DNA of 64,000 nt from Piromyces finnis finn. Its lineage: Eukaryota > Fungi > Neocallimastigomycota. Below, piece after piece: positions 1 to 20,570 of this stretch. The position numbers and the translations under genes are program-made. Within the stretch, counting starts at the first letter, position 1; each line of letters begins with the position of its first letter. Location: positions 62,001 to 126,000 of the forward strand of contig MCFH01000034.1 of the NCBI GenBank assembly GCA_002104945.1. The letters are read 5' to 3'. The notes beneath the pieces were generated by a model that was not told where the DNA came from, did no database searches, and worked only from the letters and a program-made list of their open reading frames with translations.

Positions 1-1395
1 TAAAGAAATATAAAACCAATTATATTTCTTATTTATCATTTTAATAATAATTTTATTATTCTAAAGTATAATGTGATTCAATCTTTTTCAAAAACATAGT
101 AAATAGTAATATATTTATGACTTTTTTGACTTTTCAATTTTCTTGAATTTTTTTTTTTTTTATAAAAATTGTTATCAATTTTATTCAATATAGCTGATAT
201 GCCATAAATTTTCGTTTATAGCTTATTCTATTTTTTCCTATCAACCCGATTATTTTACTTCTTATAAAGAGTATTTTGATATGCCTATAACTATAAGAAG
301 TAAACTTTATTAAGAAGATAATAATGGGTATATTTTTCTCATAAAAATCTTTTGAGCCACATATATTTTTGAGAAAACTATTATTAGATACCTTTATTAC
401 TATTTATTAACTTTGGAATTCCATTTAATAAGTTGACTTGTCCTTTTTATTGAATAAGAATAGAAGACAGATAGGTCATATTATTAGTTGTGTAAAAGAT
501 TAATAAAATTGTGTAATTCAATCAAACGAGTAAGCTGTATTTATATCATATCATTTTCTTTCAATAAATAAATTAATAATATTTAAAGATATATTACTAT
601 ATATAATTAAAATACATTGTTATACTAACAATTAGATAATGCTCATACATAGAAATGATAAATAAATATTTAAATATATTAAATTATGAAAATAAGTTTT
701 TTCAATATATATGATAAAAAAAAATTGTTTTTTTACTTATAAATGAAATATTATTTTCTAAATAATTAAATGAATAAGGTACTAAAATAGTAGATGTAGA
801 TATTTAATGCATATTATTAAAAAACAAATAACAAAATAAATTTTGAAGCAAATTAAATATATAAAAAATTTAAAAAAATTTTAAATTTTAAAAAAAAAAG
901 AAATTATTTACAATAACATCTAACATCTTTACTACTGTTTGAATATTTAAAACTTTCTATTCTTTAATTGTATAATTAAAAATTCTATAGCTTCCTTTTT
1001 TAACTTTTAATTATAAATTAAATTATATTGTAATTTCTTAGAGTAGAAATAATATGAATTATATGAGTTATTTAATTTTAATTTTATATTATACATTAAT
1101 TCTACATTTTATATACATTATATTAAAGAATTATTACATTTATTTTTATATTTTATTTTAATTACTTATTTTATTTTATTTTTTATTATTATTATATAGT
1201 ATCACAAAAATATAATATTTTAATAATAAAATTTTAATCAATCTAATTTCAATTCTTTTTTTTTTTTTTTATTTTTAACTTATACACATCTCTATACATA
1301 CATACATACATATATACATATACACCCAATAACACACATAAAATATATTAATCAATATTTTAAATATTTCAATTATTATTTAATTTATTTTTAAA

Positions 1396-4300
1396 ATGGA
1401 TGCTTCAGAAATTGATGATGAAATTAAAAAATTACAAAAAGAAAGAAAAACAGCGAAAGCATCATTAGTTGGTTCTGTTAGTTATGATACAGATTTATAT
1501 GAATCAGAAGATAAATATGCAGGTTATGTTACAGAATTAAAAGATGAAGATGAAGAAGAATCAGAAATAGCAAGACCAAAATTAAGGTCATTTACAGCAC
1601 CAACAGAGATATTAAAAGAAATTCAAGATAGAGATGATGATGTAGATCCAATGGCAGACATGCGTCCTTCAAGAAAGATTGCTGATAGAGAAGATGAATA
1701 TCATGCTAGAAGATTCAATAGAATTATATCCCCAGAACGTGTTGATGCATTTTCAGAAAATAATAATACAGATAATGCTCGTAGTTATTCAGATGTTATG
1801 AAAGAAGCAGAACTTGAAAGGGAGCAACAAAGAATTATGAAATCAATTGCAGAAAAAAAAAAGAAGGCAGAGACATCAGGGACGACTATAAGTGCAGAAA
1901 TTCCACAACCAGAAGTAGTAAAAAAACCAGCAAAGAAGAGAAGATGGGATATGACAAGTACAGATGAATCAATAAAAACTGAAAAAAAATCAGAGTGGGA
2001 TGAAGAAGTTCGTCCTTCATCAAAACCAAAAAGTCGTTGGGATGAAACTCCGAAACCAGAAGAAACCCCCAGAAAGAGAAGTCGTTGGGATGATACTGGA
2101 AGTACACCGGTATCCACTTCAAGTGCATGGGATGCTACTCCAAAGATATCATCTGCAATTGCCGAAACTCCAAAACGTAGAAGTCGTTGGGATGAAACCC
2201 CTGTTAATGTTAGTGGTTCACAATTTGCAGCAACTCCTGTTGGCAACATGGGTTTAGTTACTCCAACACCAAATCAATTAGCTCAACCAATGACTCCAAT
2301 GACTCCGGAAGCTATGAATGCTATGAGATGGGAAAAAGAAATTGACTATAGGAATCGTCCACTTTCAGATGAAGAATTAGATAGTATGCTTCCTACTACT
2401 GGTTATAAAATTTTAGAACCTCCAGCGAATTATGCTCCAATTCGTACTCCTGCTAGAAAACTAACTGCTACCCCAACTCCAATGGGTGCTGGTGGTTTTA
2501 TGATGATGGAAGAAAATAGTCAAATGTATGATATTCCACCGGAAATTCCAGGTGTTGGAAACCTTTCTTTCTTTAAACCAGAAGATATGCAACATTTTGG
2601 AAAATTATTAGATGTTAAAGATGATAATTCTTTATCAGTTGATGAATTAAAGGAAAGAAAGATCATGAGATTATTACTTAAAATTAAAAACGGTACACCA
2701 CCAATGAGAAAGGCTGCACTCCGTCAAATTACAGACAAGGCTAGAGATTTTGGTGCTGGTCCACTTTTCAACCTTATTTTACCATTATTAATGTCACCAA
2801 CTTTGGAAGATCAAGAACGTCACTTATTAGTCAAGGTTATTGATAGAATTCTTTATAAATTGGATGATTTAGTAAGACCATATGTTCATAAAATTCTTGT
2901 CGTTATTGAACCATTACTTATTGATGAAGATTATTATGCTCGTGTAGAAGGTCGTGAAATTATTAGTAATTTAAGTAAGGCAGCAGGTCTTGCTACTATG
3001 ATTTCTACAATGCGTCCAGATATTGATCATGTAGATGAATATGTACGTAATACAACTGCTCGTGCTTTTTCTGTTGTAGCTTCTGCTTTAGGTATTCCAG
3101 TATTATTGCCATTTTTAAAGGCTGTATGTCGTAGTAAGAAATCATGGCAAGCTTGTCATACTGGTATTAAGATTGTTCAACAAATTGCTATTCTTATGGG
3201 TTGTGCAGTCTTACCACACTTAAAGAATCTGGTTGATGCTATTGCTCATGGTTTAGAAGATGAACAACAAAAAGTTAGAACCATTACCGCATTAGCTTTA
3301 GCTGCTTTAGCAGAAGCTGCTGCTCCATATGGTATTGAATCATTTGATGGCATTTTAAAGCCTCTTTGGAAGGGTATTGAAAAGCATCGTGGAAAAGGTT
3401 TGGCTGCATTTTTAAAGGCATGTGGTTTTATTATTCCACTTATGGATGCTGAAGCTGCTAACTATTATACAAATCATTTAATGGATACATTAATTAGAGA
3501 ATTCCAATCCCCAGATGAAGAAATGAAAAAAATTGTTCTTAAAGTAGTTAAACAATGTGCAGCTACTGATGGTGTTACACCAGAATATATTAAAACTAGA
3601 ATTTTACCAGATTTCTTCAAACATTTCTGGGTACGTCGTATGGCATTAGATAGACGTAATTATAAACAATTAGTAGAAACTACTGTTGAATTAGCTAATA
3701 AGGTTGGTGTTTCTGAAATCTTATTAAGAATTGTTGAAGATTTAAAGGATGAATCTGAACCATATCGTAAGATGGTAATGGAAACTATTGATAAAATTGT
3801 AAGTATGCTTGGTTCATCTGATATTGATGATCGTTTAGAAGAAGTTTTAATTGATGGTATTTTGTATGCATTCCAAGAACAAACTATTGAAGACATTGTT
3901 ATGTTGAATGGTTTTGGTACTGTAGTTAATTCATTAGGTTTAAGAGTACAACCATATTTACCTCAAATTTGTTCAACTATTCTCTGGCGTTTAAATAATA
4001 AATCAGCAAAAGTTAGACAACAAGCTGCTGATTTAATATCGAGAATAGCAATTGTAATGAAGACATGTGGTGAAGAAAAGTTAATGGGTCATCTTGGTGT
4101 TGTTCTTTATGAATATTTAGGTGAAGAATATCCAGAAGTATTGGGTTCAATTTTAGGTGCATTAAAGGCTATTGTTAATGTTGTAGGTATGAGCAGTATG
4201 ACACCACCAATTAAGGATTTATTACCAAGATTAACACCAATTTTAAAGAATAGACATGAAAAAGTACAAGAAAATTGTATTGATTTGGTAGGTCGTATTG

Positions 4301-5323
4301 CAGATCGTGGTGCTGAGTATGTTAGTCCACGTGAATGGATGCGTATTTGTTTTGAATTGATTGATCTTCTAAAAACACATAAGAAGGGTATTAGAAGAGC
4401 TGCAGTAAATACATTTGGTTATATTGCTAAAGCCATTGGTCCACAAGATGTATTGGCTACATTATTAAACAATTTAAAGGTTCAAGAACGTCAAAATCGT
4501 GTTTGTACTACAGTTGCTATTGCTATTGTTGCTGAAACTTGTTCACCATTTACTGTTCTTCCTGCTTTAATGAATGAATATCGTGTTCCAGAGTTAAATG
4601 TTCAAAATGGTGTATTGAAATCGTTAAGTTTCTTATTTGAATATATTGGTGAAATGGGAAAAGATTATATTTATGCTATTACTCCATTGTTAGAGGATGC
4701 TTTAATGGATCGTGATCTTGTACATAGACAAACTGCTTGTTCCACAGTTAAGCGTAAGAATTTAATTATAATTAATATAAAACTAATTATTTATAAATAA
4801 TGAAAATATATAATGAAATTATATAATAATATTTAATATCAATATATAATTAATTAAATAGATGCTGCCCTTGGTGTATATGGTTTAGGATGTGAAGATG
4901 CATTAATCCACTTATTAAATTATATTTGGCCAAATATCTTTGAAGTAAATAAAATAGAATAGTTTTTATAATTATTATTTATCAATCTTCAATTTATTAA
5001 CTGTAATACTCATGGCTATAATTTTTGTCTATTTTTACTTAATTTATAAAAATAAATGGAATATATTTTAGCAATCTCCACATGTAATTAATGCTGTAAT
5101 GGAAGCTATAGAAGGTTTAAGAATCGGTTTAGGTCCAGCAAAAATTTTACAATATGTTCTTCAAGGTTTATTCCATCCTGCTCGTAAAGTCAGAGAAATT
5201 TATTGGAAAATATTTAATAATTTGTATATTGGTTCCCAAGATAATCTTATACCATATTATCCAAGAATAGAAGATGATGAACGTAACCATTACCATAGAT
5301 ATGATTTAGATTTGGTAATATAG
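1396..5323 (+). CDS. SF3B1: U2/U12 snRNP splicing factor 3B subunit 1 (SF3b155/Hsh155); exons 1396-4753, 4862-4944, 5072-5323
   Basis: N-terminal RWD(E)TP repeats are followed by HEAT repeats with hallmark SF3B1 sequence ([44 protein letters not shown]). Two GT-AG introns (4754-4861, 4945-5071) join the ORFs in frame as [46 protein letters not shown]. Confidence 0.98.
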
Positions 5324-6042
5324 AGATGATCAAAATCTTTTTCAAAAAGAAGATTATTTTATTCTACTTTTATATAATTTTTTTTAAAAAAGAAAAATAA
5401 TCTTTAAATATTTTAGATAAGAAAATTTATTTTAATATAATTGATTTTTTATTCCATCGAATAACTTCTATATAACTGATAATCATGACTTTCATTATTT
5501 GTTTATTTTTATTTTTATTTTATTTTTTTATTTTATTTTTTTTTTTTTTTTTTGATTATTTTAATAATATATACATATTTATATATAAAATAAAATAAAA
5601 TAAAATTTATTTTATTTATTTATTTATTTTATTTCTTTTTTTGTTTTCAGTTAATTATTTATTTAAAAAATTTTAACAATATTTGCAAATAAAAAACAAC
5701 ATATATAAAAAACAAAGACTTTTTATTTATTTTTAGTTTAACATATTTGAAATTTTCATTAAAATTTTTAATGTAAATGATTATATAAACATTTTATTTA
5801 TTATTATTTTTATTTTGTACTAAGACAAAAAAAGTACAGATAAAAGAAAAAAGTACAAAAATATTGCATATTGCATGAAAATAATGAAATAATGATATTG
5901 ATATATAATGTAACTTAACTAAACTAAACTATATATATATTATTTTCTTTTTAAATAAGTTATTAATAATATTTATAAATTATAATTTTTTTCTTTTATT
6001 TATTTGAACAAAACATTGTACCAATTATTTACTTAAATTATA

Positions 6043-13277
<7,235 letters not shown>

Positions 13278-13426
13278 TTTTGTTTAATTTATAACAACAA
13301 AGAATATAATAATAAGCTAAATAATTTGAAAATATTTAATATTATAGTAATAACAAATTAGAAAATTAATTTAATTGTAAATGGAATTAAATTTGAAATT
13401 TTAATTCAAAAATTTTAATTTTTATT

Positions 13427-13457
<31 letters not shown>

Positions 13458-14700
13458 TTTTAATAAATATTTATTATTAACATATATAATTTTATTCATT
13501 TATTATTAATAATTTATAACATAACTTTATGAGAAGTGTTTTAAATTCTTTTAATTATATTATTTCTATGTATATATTAATACCTTAATACTACTAAACA
13601 AATAAATATTAAAATTGCAAAAAATATTTTATAATTCCATAATATTTAATATGTTATTAATATTTTATTAATAAATAACTCTAGCCTCTATTGTTGCGTT
13701 TGCTATTTATTTTAAAAAAAATAAAGAAAATGTAATTTTCTTTTATTTAATATATAAATTTTATTAAAATGAAATTTAATTTCTTTTTAATAGAATTATA
13801 TGTATTTCAATTCTTTTCTTTATTTTTTGCTTTTTTTACTTTGTAATATATTAAATATATATTATTTATAATTAATCTATTATTTTTTTTTATAAAATTT
13901 TAAAAATTATTGAGTTGAATTTTTTTTTTTGAAAAATTTACTTTATTTAAATAAGAAAAAAAAATTTTAAAAGAAGCTCTAAATATATTATAATATAATA
14001 ATAATATATGAATTAATTAAATGTAATATTGATACATTTTAAAAAATAATGTATTATCCATAATATACGTACTAACTATATATACATTTTATCTTGTTAA
14101 TTTTTATTATAAATCTTTAAATAAATTTATAATAAAATATAATTAAAGCAGTTTAATAAATGATATAAGTTGATTTATATGTATAAATTAGTAATACTAA
14201 TTTTAAAACTTTTTATCTTTATATAATTCATACTTTAGTTAAAAGTTAAAAAAAGTATACTCAATTATATGATTATATATTATTTTTCAAAATGTTTAAT
14301 ATTCTGATATTAATTAATCTTTTTGGAGAAACAAGTTAAATTAATTTTTAATATATATTAAATCAAATAAATTATTACATTAATTTAATTACAATATACT
14401 TTTATAAATATTTTCATTTTATTTGATAATAAATAAAAAGATTAATAAAAACTATTTTTTTAAAAATATTATTATTGAAATAAAATAAAAAAGAATAAAA
14501 TTAAAAATAAAATAAATATAATAGTTTGAATGTGAATGTCTACATCTTTAATTTTCAATAAATAAATTTTTAAAGTTTTACAAAAGAAAACAATATAATT
14601 AAAATAAAAATACTATAAAATTAATTATTAATATATAAATTCCAAATCCGAAATTTTAAAAAATACAAATATTAAATTACTTATAATCAATTAAAAAAAA

Positions 14701-14975
14701 ATGAAAAAGGATAATTTATTTATTTTTGTACTACTGTCAATATTTTTCATATTTAAAGTGAATGCTTGGGAAGAAAAAGACTTTGAAATATTTGATGCAC
14801 ATGATGCAATTATTAAATTAAAAGGTCCAGAGGCCACTTTTTATAATGTTTTAGAAGTTGAACCAAATGTATCTTTAGATGCTTTAAACAAAGCTTATAG
14901 AAAGATTTCATTAAAATTACATCCAGGTATTTGAACTTTAAATCAATTATTAATTATGGAATATAATTTATGCTC

Positions 14976-15015
<40 letters not shown>

Positions 15016-15264
15016 TAATAATTATTATTACTTAATCATTATTTATTATAATAAAATGTTATTGTAATTTTAAATTTTATTACAGACAAAACAACTGATA
15101 AGAAAGATAGAGAATTATTTACCCAAATTAATATTATTATTGAAATATTAAGAGATTCAAATTCACGTAAAAGATATGATTACTTTTTAAAAGTTGGTGT
15201 TCCAAAATGGAGAGGAACTGGGTAATTATCTTTTTTTAATTTATAAAGTAGTATTATACAATTT

Positions 15265-15310
<46 letters not shown>

Positions 15311-16373
15311 TGAAAATGATAACGATTTTAAAAATTTATTGAAATATATGAAAAATTAATATAATTAAATGATTTATTTCAAATTATAAAAAAAAAATAG
15401 ATATTACTACAGTAGATATAAACCATCTATTAGATTTGCAGGTATTGCAATCATTGTTGGTATATGTGTTATGCAAATTCTTTTATCATGGACCAATTAC
15501 TATACTAAATTATATCGTATCAATAGTGCAAAAAAAGAATTAGATATTTTAACTTTCCAAGAAGTTAGAAAAATCTTAAGAAAAGAAAATGTTGAAGTTA
15601 CCAAAGAAATGTTTAAAAATTCAACTCCTTCTGAAATTCTAATTAATAACAGTCAGTACTATGTATTTGAAGAAGTTAAAAAGCCTTCTATTACTGATAT
15701 TATTGTTATTAAACTTCCATTAACAATTATTAGCTCTATTATTCATTTTCCTCAAACTATCGAAACAATTAAACAAGCATTTAGAGAATATAAAGAATTA
15801 ATAGAAAGAGAAAGAATGCTAGATAGAGAACGTGAAAATGAAAATATTGATAATCAAGATGAAAATAATGAAGATGAAACAAATTCTAATGATGATGTCG
15901 AAATTTCAGAAAACAAACCTAAAAGAAGAAAACCAAAGAGAAGAGTTTTGACTGAAGAACAAAAACAAAAAATAATAGAACAAAAAAATTTAAATAGACA
16001 AAGAATGGAAGCAGAACAAGAAAGAAGAAGAAAAATAAGAGAAGCTGCTTCATCCGCCGCTACAGATCCATTCTCTGGTAATACTAATATATTTTTACCA
16101 TCACCATTACCAAAGAAAAAAAAAAATGAAGATGATGAAGAAATTACTGAAACAGAAGAGGAAGTAGAAGAAATTGAAGAAGAAAATAAAATAAAAACTG
16201 GACCATGGGATAGTGAAGAATATGCTGTATTAGTTCGCTTAACTAAAAAATTCCCAGCTGGTACACCTGGCAGATGGGTCAGAATCGGTATGGAAATGCA
16301 TCGCGAAGTAGATGATGTTGCCTACAATGCTAATTTATTAAAAAATGATCCAAAATTAGCTCTTGTTAATTAA
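14701..16373 (+). CDS. ER membrane DnaJ co-chaperone (Erj5/DNAJC1-like): signal peptide, J domain, TM helix, charged tail, C-terminal SANT/Myb domain; exons 14701-14926, 15086-15221, 15401-16373
   Basis: Signal peptide then WEEKDFEIFD. The HPD motif is reconstituted across intron 1 (LKLHP-G|AC-K = HPDK). GVPKWRGTGYYYSRYKP is followed by a hydrophobic helix. The C-terminus contains GPWDSEEYAVLVRLTKKFPAGTPGRWVRIG. Confidence 0.88.
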
Positions 16374-16657
16374 ATATTTTGATAATATTGAAAATATAAT
16401 ATCTAATTAATTTATTTATATATTTATATTTAAATATATAAATATTATTCTAATTAAAAAAAATAATTAATATCTATATTGATATAATAATATATGAATA
16501 AAATATTATCTAATAAAGAATTAAATTTTTATAATACAGATCTATTTATTTGTCGATATATAATTTTAAATATTAATAATAATAATGATAATTAATTAAA
16601 TAAAAAAATAAAAAAATAGAAATAAAGAATAAGAAAGGGAAATTTAAAATAAATACA

Positions 16658-16688
<31 letters not shown>

Positions 16689-16806
16689 AATTGTTATTTG
16701 ATATATGTGTATTGTTTTTATTTTATATATATTATATATATTTATACATATTTATTTATAATAATTTTGATATTATTTAGTTATTATTATAAGATAAAAA
16801 ATAAAT

Positions 16807-18913
16807 TTATAAGCCACCTTGGTCAATAAAAGTATTCATATCAATTCTTGATAAAGTTAAATAGATATAATAACCCTTTAAACTATCATTAGTAAGCTCA
16901 GAGGTTCTAACAATACTTAAACAATTTGGTATACTTGGCTTCGATTCCTTATAAATCCAAACTACATCACTTTCTTTTTCATCAACATCAGAGGTAAAAC
17001 GAATATTTGAACGATCAACATCAAGATCATCAACTAATAAATCAGATTGTTTTCCAAATAAAATTGCTGGAACACTAATTAATGGTAATTCAGTAGTTTC
17101 TTTACTATTAATCCATTGTAATAAGTTTTGAAGTTGAATTGAAAGATTAACAATACTGGTATGAATTTTCTTAGAGAGATAATAAAGTTGTGATAATAAT
17201 GTAATATATGTTAATGGTGTTACAGCATAAACATTCATATTACCAAATACATTATCAATATTCTCAACATATTCTCTTAAATTACTACATTTAAAAACTC
17301 TATTAGAAAAAGCTAATCTCCTTGGAAGAACAGATATTTTCTTTAATAAGTATTTTAATTGTTATTTATTAATATAGATGCATTTATATAATTTATATAT
17401 ATATATGAATATACTTTTTATGAAAAATAAAAACTTACCTTCCAGATATGAGCAATGAGTACATCTTTAGCTGATATCCAATCAATATTTGTTGAATCAA
17501 CTGGACTAATATTATCGGATGTTGGGGATTGAATTGGTGTTTGTTTTTCATTAGCAAATTTAGCATCAGCAATAACTTGATTTCTTAATTCTTCTAATTG
17601 CTTATCTGAAATAAAGAAATGCTTTGTTTGGAATCCACCACCAGTAATCCATTCATAGAACATCTCAAATGCTAATTTAAACCATTTAATAGATTTAATT
17701 TTATTGAAAGCTAATGGTTGATATGTAGATGGTAAATTATCATCATGTGAAACGTTAACTGATTGAGAAATCCAATCATAGTTAAAAACGGTCTTCTTTT
17801 GAATTTCTTCACCACGGTAAAGGACAGACCAATCTTCAATAAACTTAGCTATAGAGGTAATATCAGCAATAATGGAAGGATAACGAACACCAATACAAGT
17901 TTTGTTATCATTGAAATGAGTAATTCTTATTTGAAGAATTGGTAAACTCAAACTAACATATTGCTTCATAGTATAGTTTTGACCATATAAATTTGAATAA
18001 TCTGGTGATAAAATATTTTCTTTTGTATCTGGTAAAATATCAATCATATTACCATCATATTTAACAATTGAGAAAAATACCCCCTTGTTATTTAAATATA
18101 TTTCATATAAACCAGTCTATCAGGCATTATAATAAATATATAAGTTTTAAAGGTATAAAAAATATTGGTAATGAAATTAGAGAAACTTTTATAATATATA
18201 TGCATATATATATATAATACCTTTTTATTATTTGTTAATCTTCCAGATAAAATGTTGTAAGTATTTAATAAGATTTCTAAAGTTTTTCTTAATTTAGCAT
18301 TATCTAAATCACCATTAATGAAAAAGAGGTTTGAGCTGAAATCTTTAGTTTGAGAAATCTATTTTATTATCGGTTATCATTATTAATTTTGGATTTTAAA
18401 AAATATTATTATTGAATATTGTTAATAAAATAATTAAAAATATTTATAATTATTATCATTTTTAAATGTTTTGTTCAAATAACCAACTATATAAATATTT
18501 TGATTTTTATATTTCATATTTCATATTATAATTATTAAAATAAAATAAAATATAAATTTTATTACTTGATTAATAGCTGGTAAAGTAATGGTTTTAAATT
18601 CAGTAGCTTCTTCAATTTCCTCTGTACTTCCATTTGCAACAATAATTTCACTGTCTTCTAAGGAAACATTAATAACTCTAGTTAAAGATGCTGTAGTTTC
18701 AATGTCATTAATTATCTTTTCTGAATCGCTAGCTTTATTCTTTTTTAAATGAATAGCTTTAGCAGCTTTTTTTGACATTTGAACAGTACTTTTCTTTGTT
18801 TTACTCCACATTTTTTCAGCATTATAATCATTTCTTGATGCGATAGCTACACCAGCAACAACACTGGTTCCAACTGCAGTTATTATACAAATTTGTTTGA
18901 AACCGAAACCCAT
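16807..18913 (-). CDS. BAHD/CoA-dependent acyltransferase (Transferase-family) homologue with N-terminal hydrophobic anchor; 4 exons joining track ORFs 18521-18913, 17418-18047 and 16807-17238
   Basis: In-frame GT-AG junctions (18565/18359, 17438/17341) give LRKTLEILLNTYNILSGRL, YEIYLNNKGVFF, LQIRITHFND..CIGVRYPSIIAD..SIAKFIEDWS, KDVLIAHIWK and NLREYV..NVFGN. These segments occur in the order expected for the BAHD fold. Confidence 0.72.
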
Positions 18914-20570
18914 TTTATTTTTATTTTTATTTATTTTTTATTTTATTTTATTTTTTTTTTTTTTTTTTTTACTCTTTTTTCCAATTAATTATAAATTTAT
19001 TTATTATTATTATTTAATATATTTTTATCTTAATTGAAAATTTGTTTTAAGAAAATTAATAATTAATTACTTTTCAATTCGATAAAACAAAGCAAGAAAT
19101 GAATAAAAAAAAAAAAAAAAAGAAAAAGAAAAAAGAAAAAAGAAGGGAAAAAAAAAAAAGAAAAGAAAAATCAGATAATTATTTGTATATAATTAATATA
19201 TATTGCTTTATTTTCAATTCATTAATAAAAAAAAATAATGAAAGGAAGGTATACAGTATTTTATGAAAAAAAAAAAAAAAAAAAGAAAAAGAAATGAAAT
19301 AGCTTTTTTCTATTTTTATTTTACTTTTTTTTTTTTTTTATTTTTCTTTTTTTATTTTTATTTTTATTTTATTATATTTTATTTTATTTTTACTTTTATT
19401 TTTATTTTTTTTTCTCTCTCTCTTTATTTTAGAACTATTTTGTCTCTAAATAAATTTTTTATTCTCTTAAACTTTTTATATCTATTATATAAAATAAAAA
19501 GTTCTTAAGAAAACAAAGAATTTTTAAATTATTAAAGGTTTCAAAATAAAGAAGAAAGTAAATTAAATAGAAAAAAAAATAGTATACAAAATTTCTATAT
19601 TTTATTCAACCAATAGGAATCAATAAAATTTTATTAAATTATGGATTAATATACAAACATATTAATACAAATGTAATAATTGAGCTTGTAAACCTCCCAC
19701 AATATTACCTCTATAAATTTTAAAACTTCCTAATAATAGAAAGGAAAAAAAAAAAAAAAAAAAAAAAAAACATGAGTTTTAAATTGAAAAACTGTCAAAT
19801 TTAAATTTTAACTATTAATTTTTTGTATATTAATTTCCCCTTTATTATTATTATTATTTTTTTTTTTTTTAATATTTTTACTTTTATTAAATCTAGTAGT
19901 TTAAAAAAGATTTTTAATAAATATTTTATTTTAATTTTAACGATTTTATATAATTGAAATTTGTAATAGTTTTTTTTTTTTTAATGTATATTTAAAAATT
20001 AGATTATTGTTCTTTTTCTTTTTTATTAGAAAAAAGGTTTTATTTTTTGGAATTATATATCTCAATTTTTTTTTTAAAAAAAATAAAAAAAAAAAAAAAG
20101 GATAAATAAAAAAATGATTTAATTTATTTAATATATAAAAAAAAATATGAACATAGATAATAATAGTAATGAAATGCTGTTTTACTAAATATATGTATAA
20201 AAATTTTCTATATATTAATTGATTTATAAATTATTAATATATATTTTATTATATTTTAATCATAAATTGTTATTACTTTTATCATGATAACGCTATACGC
20301 CCCATTTATAATATGTAATTTTTTTTTTTTGATGATGATTATTCTGTTTTTAAAGGTTCTTACATTACATTACTGATCATTAACTATTCTTAATTTTTTT
20401 CTATAGTATATTATTGGTATGGCATTATTTATATTATTTATATAAAACAATTTTGTTATATTTTATATATATAAAAAAAGGAAAAAAAAAATTTGGATTA
20501 CTGGGATGGTCTTATTTTTTACCTTTTCTTTTGCTATAATAAATATATTATTAGGTTTGCATTAAATTAT

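Noticed and set aside
190-540. Slightly GC-elevated patch with faint LINE-like peptide fragments on the minus strand
   Set aside because: There are multiple stops and only 3-5 residue resemblances, which is too degenerate to call without a profile search.
1785-2257. Overlapping or antisense ORFs within SF3B1 (also those inside MOT1, the GH43 genes, the subtilisin and the LINE)
   Set aside because: These are shadow ORFs caused by codon bias and repeats of the real genes; they have no recognisable domains.
19263-19508. Phe/Lys-rich ORF (similarly 23907-24152, 30819-31088, 55552-55737)
   Set aside because: These are translations of poly(A)/poly(T)-rich intergenic DNA.
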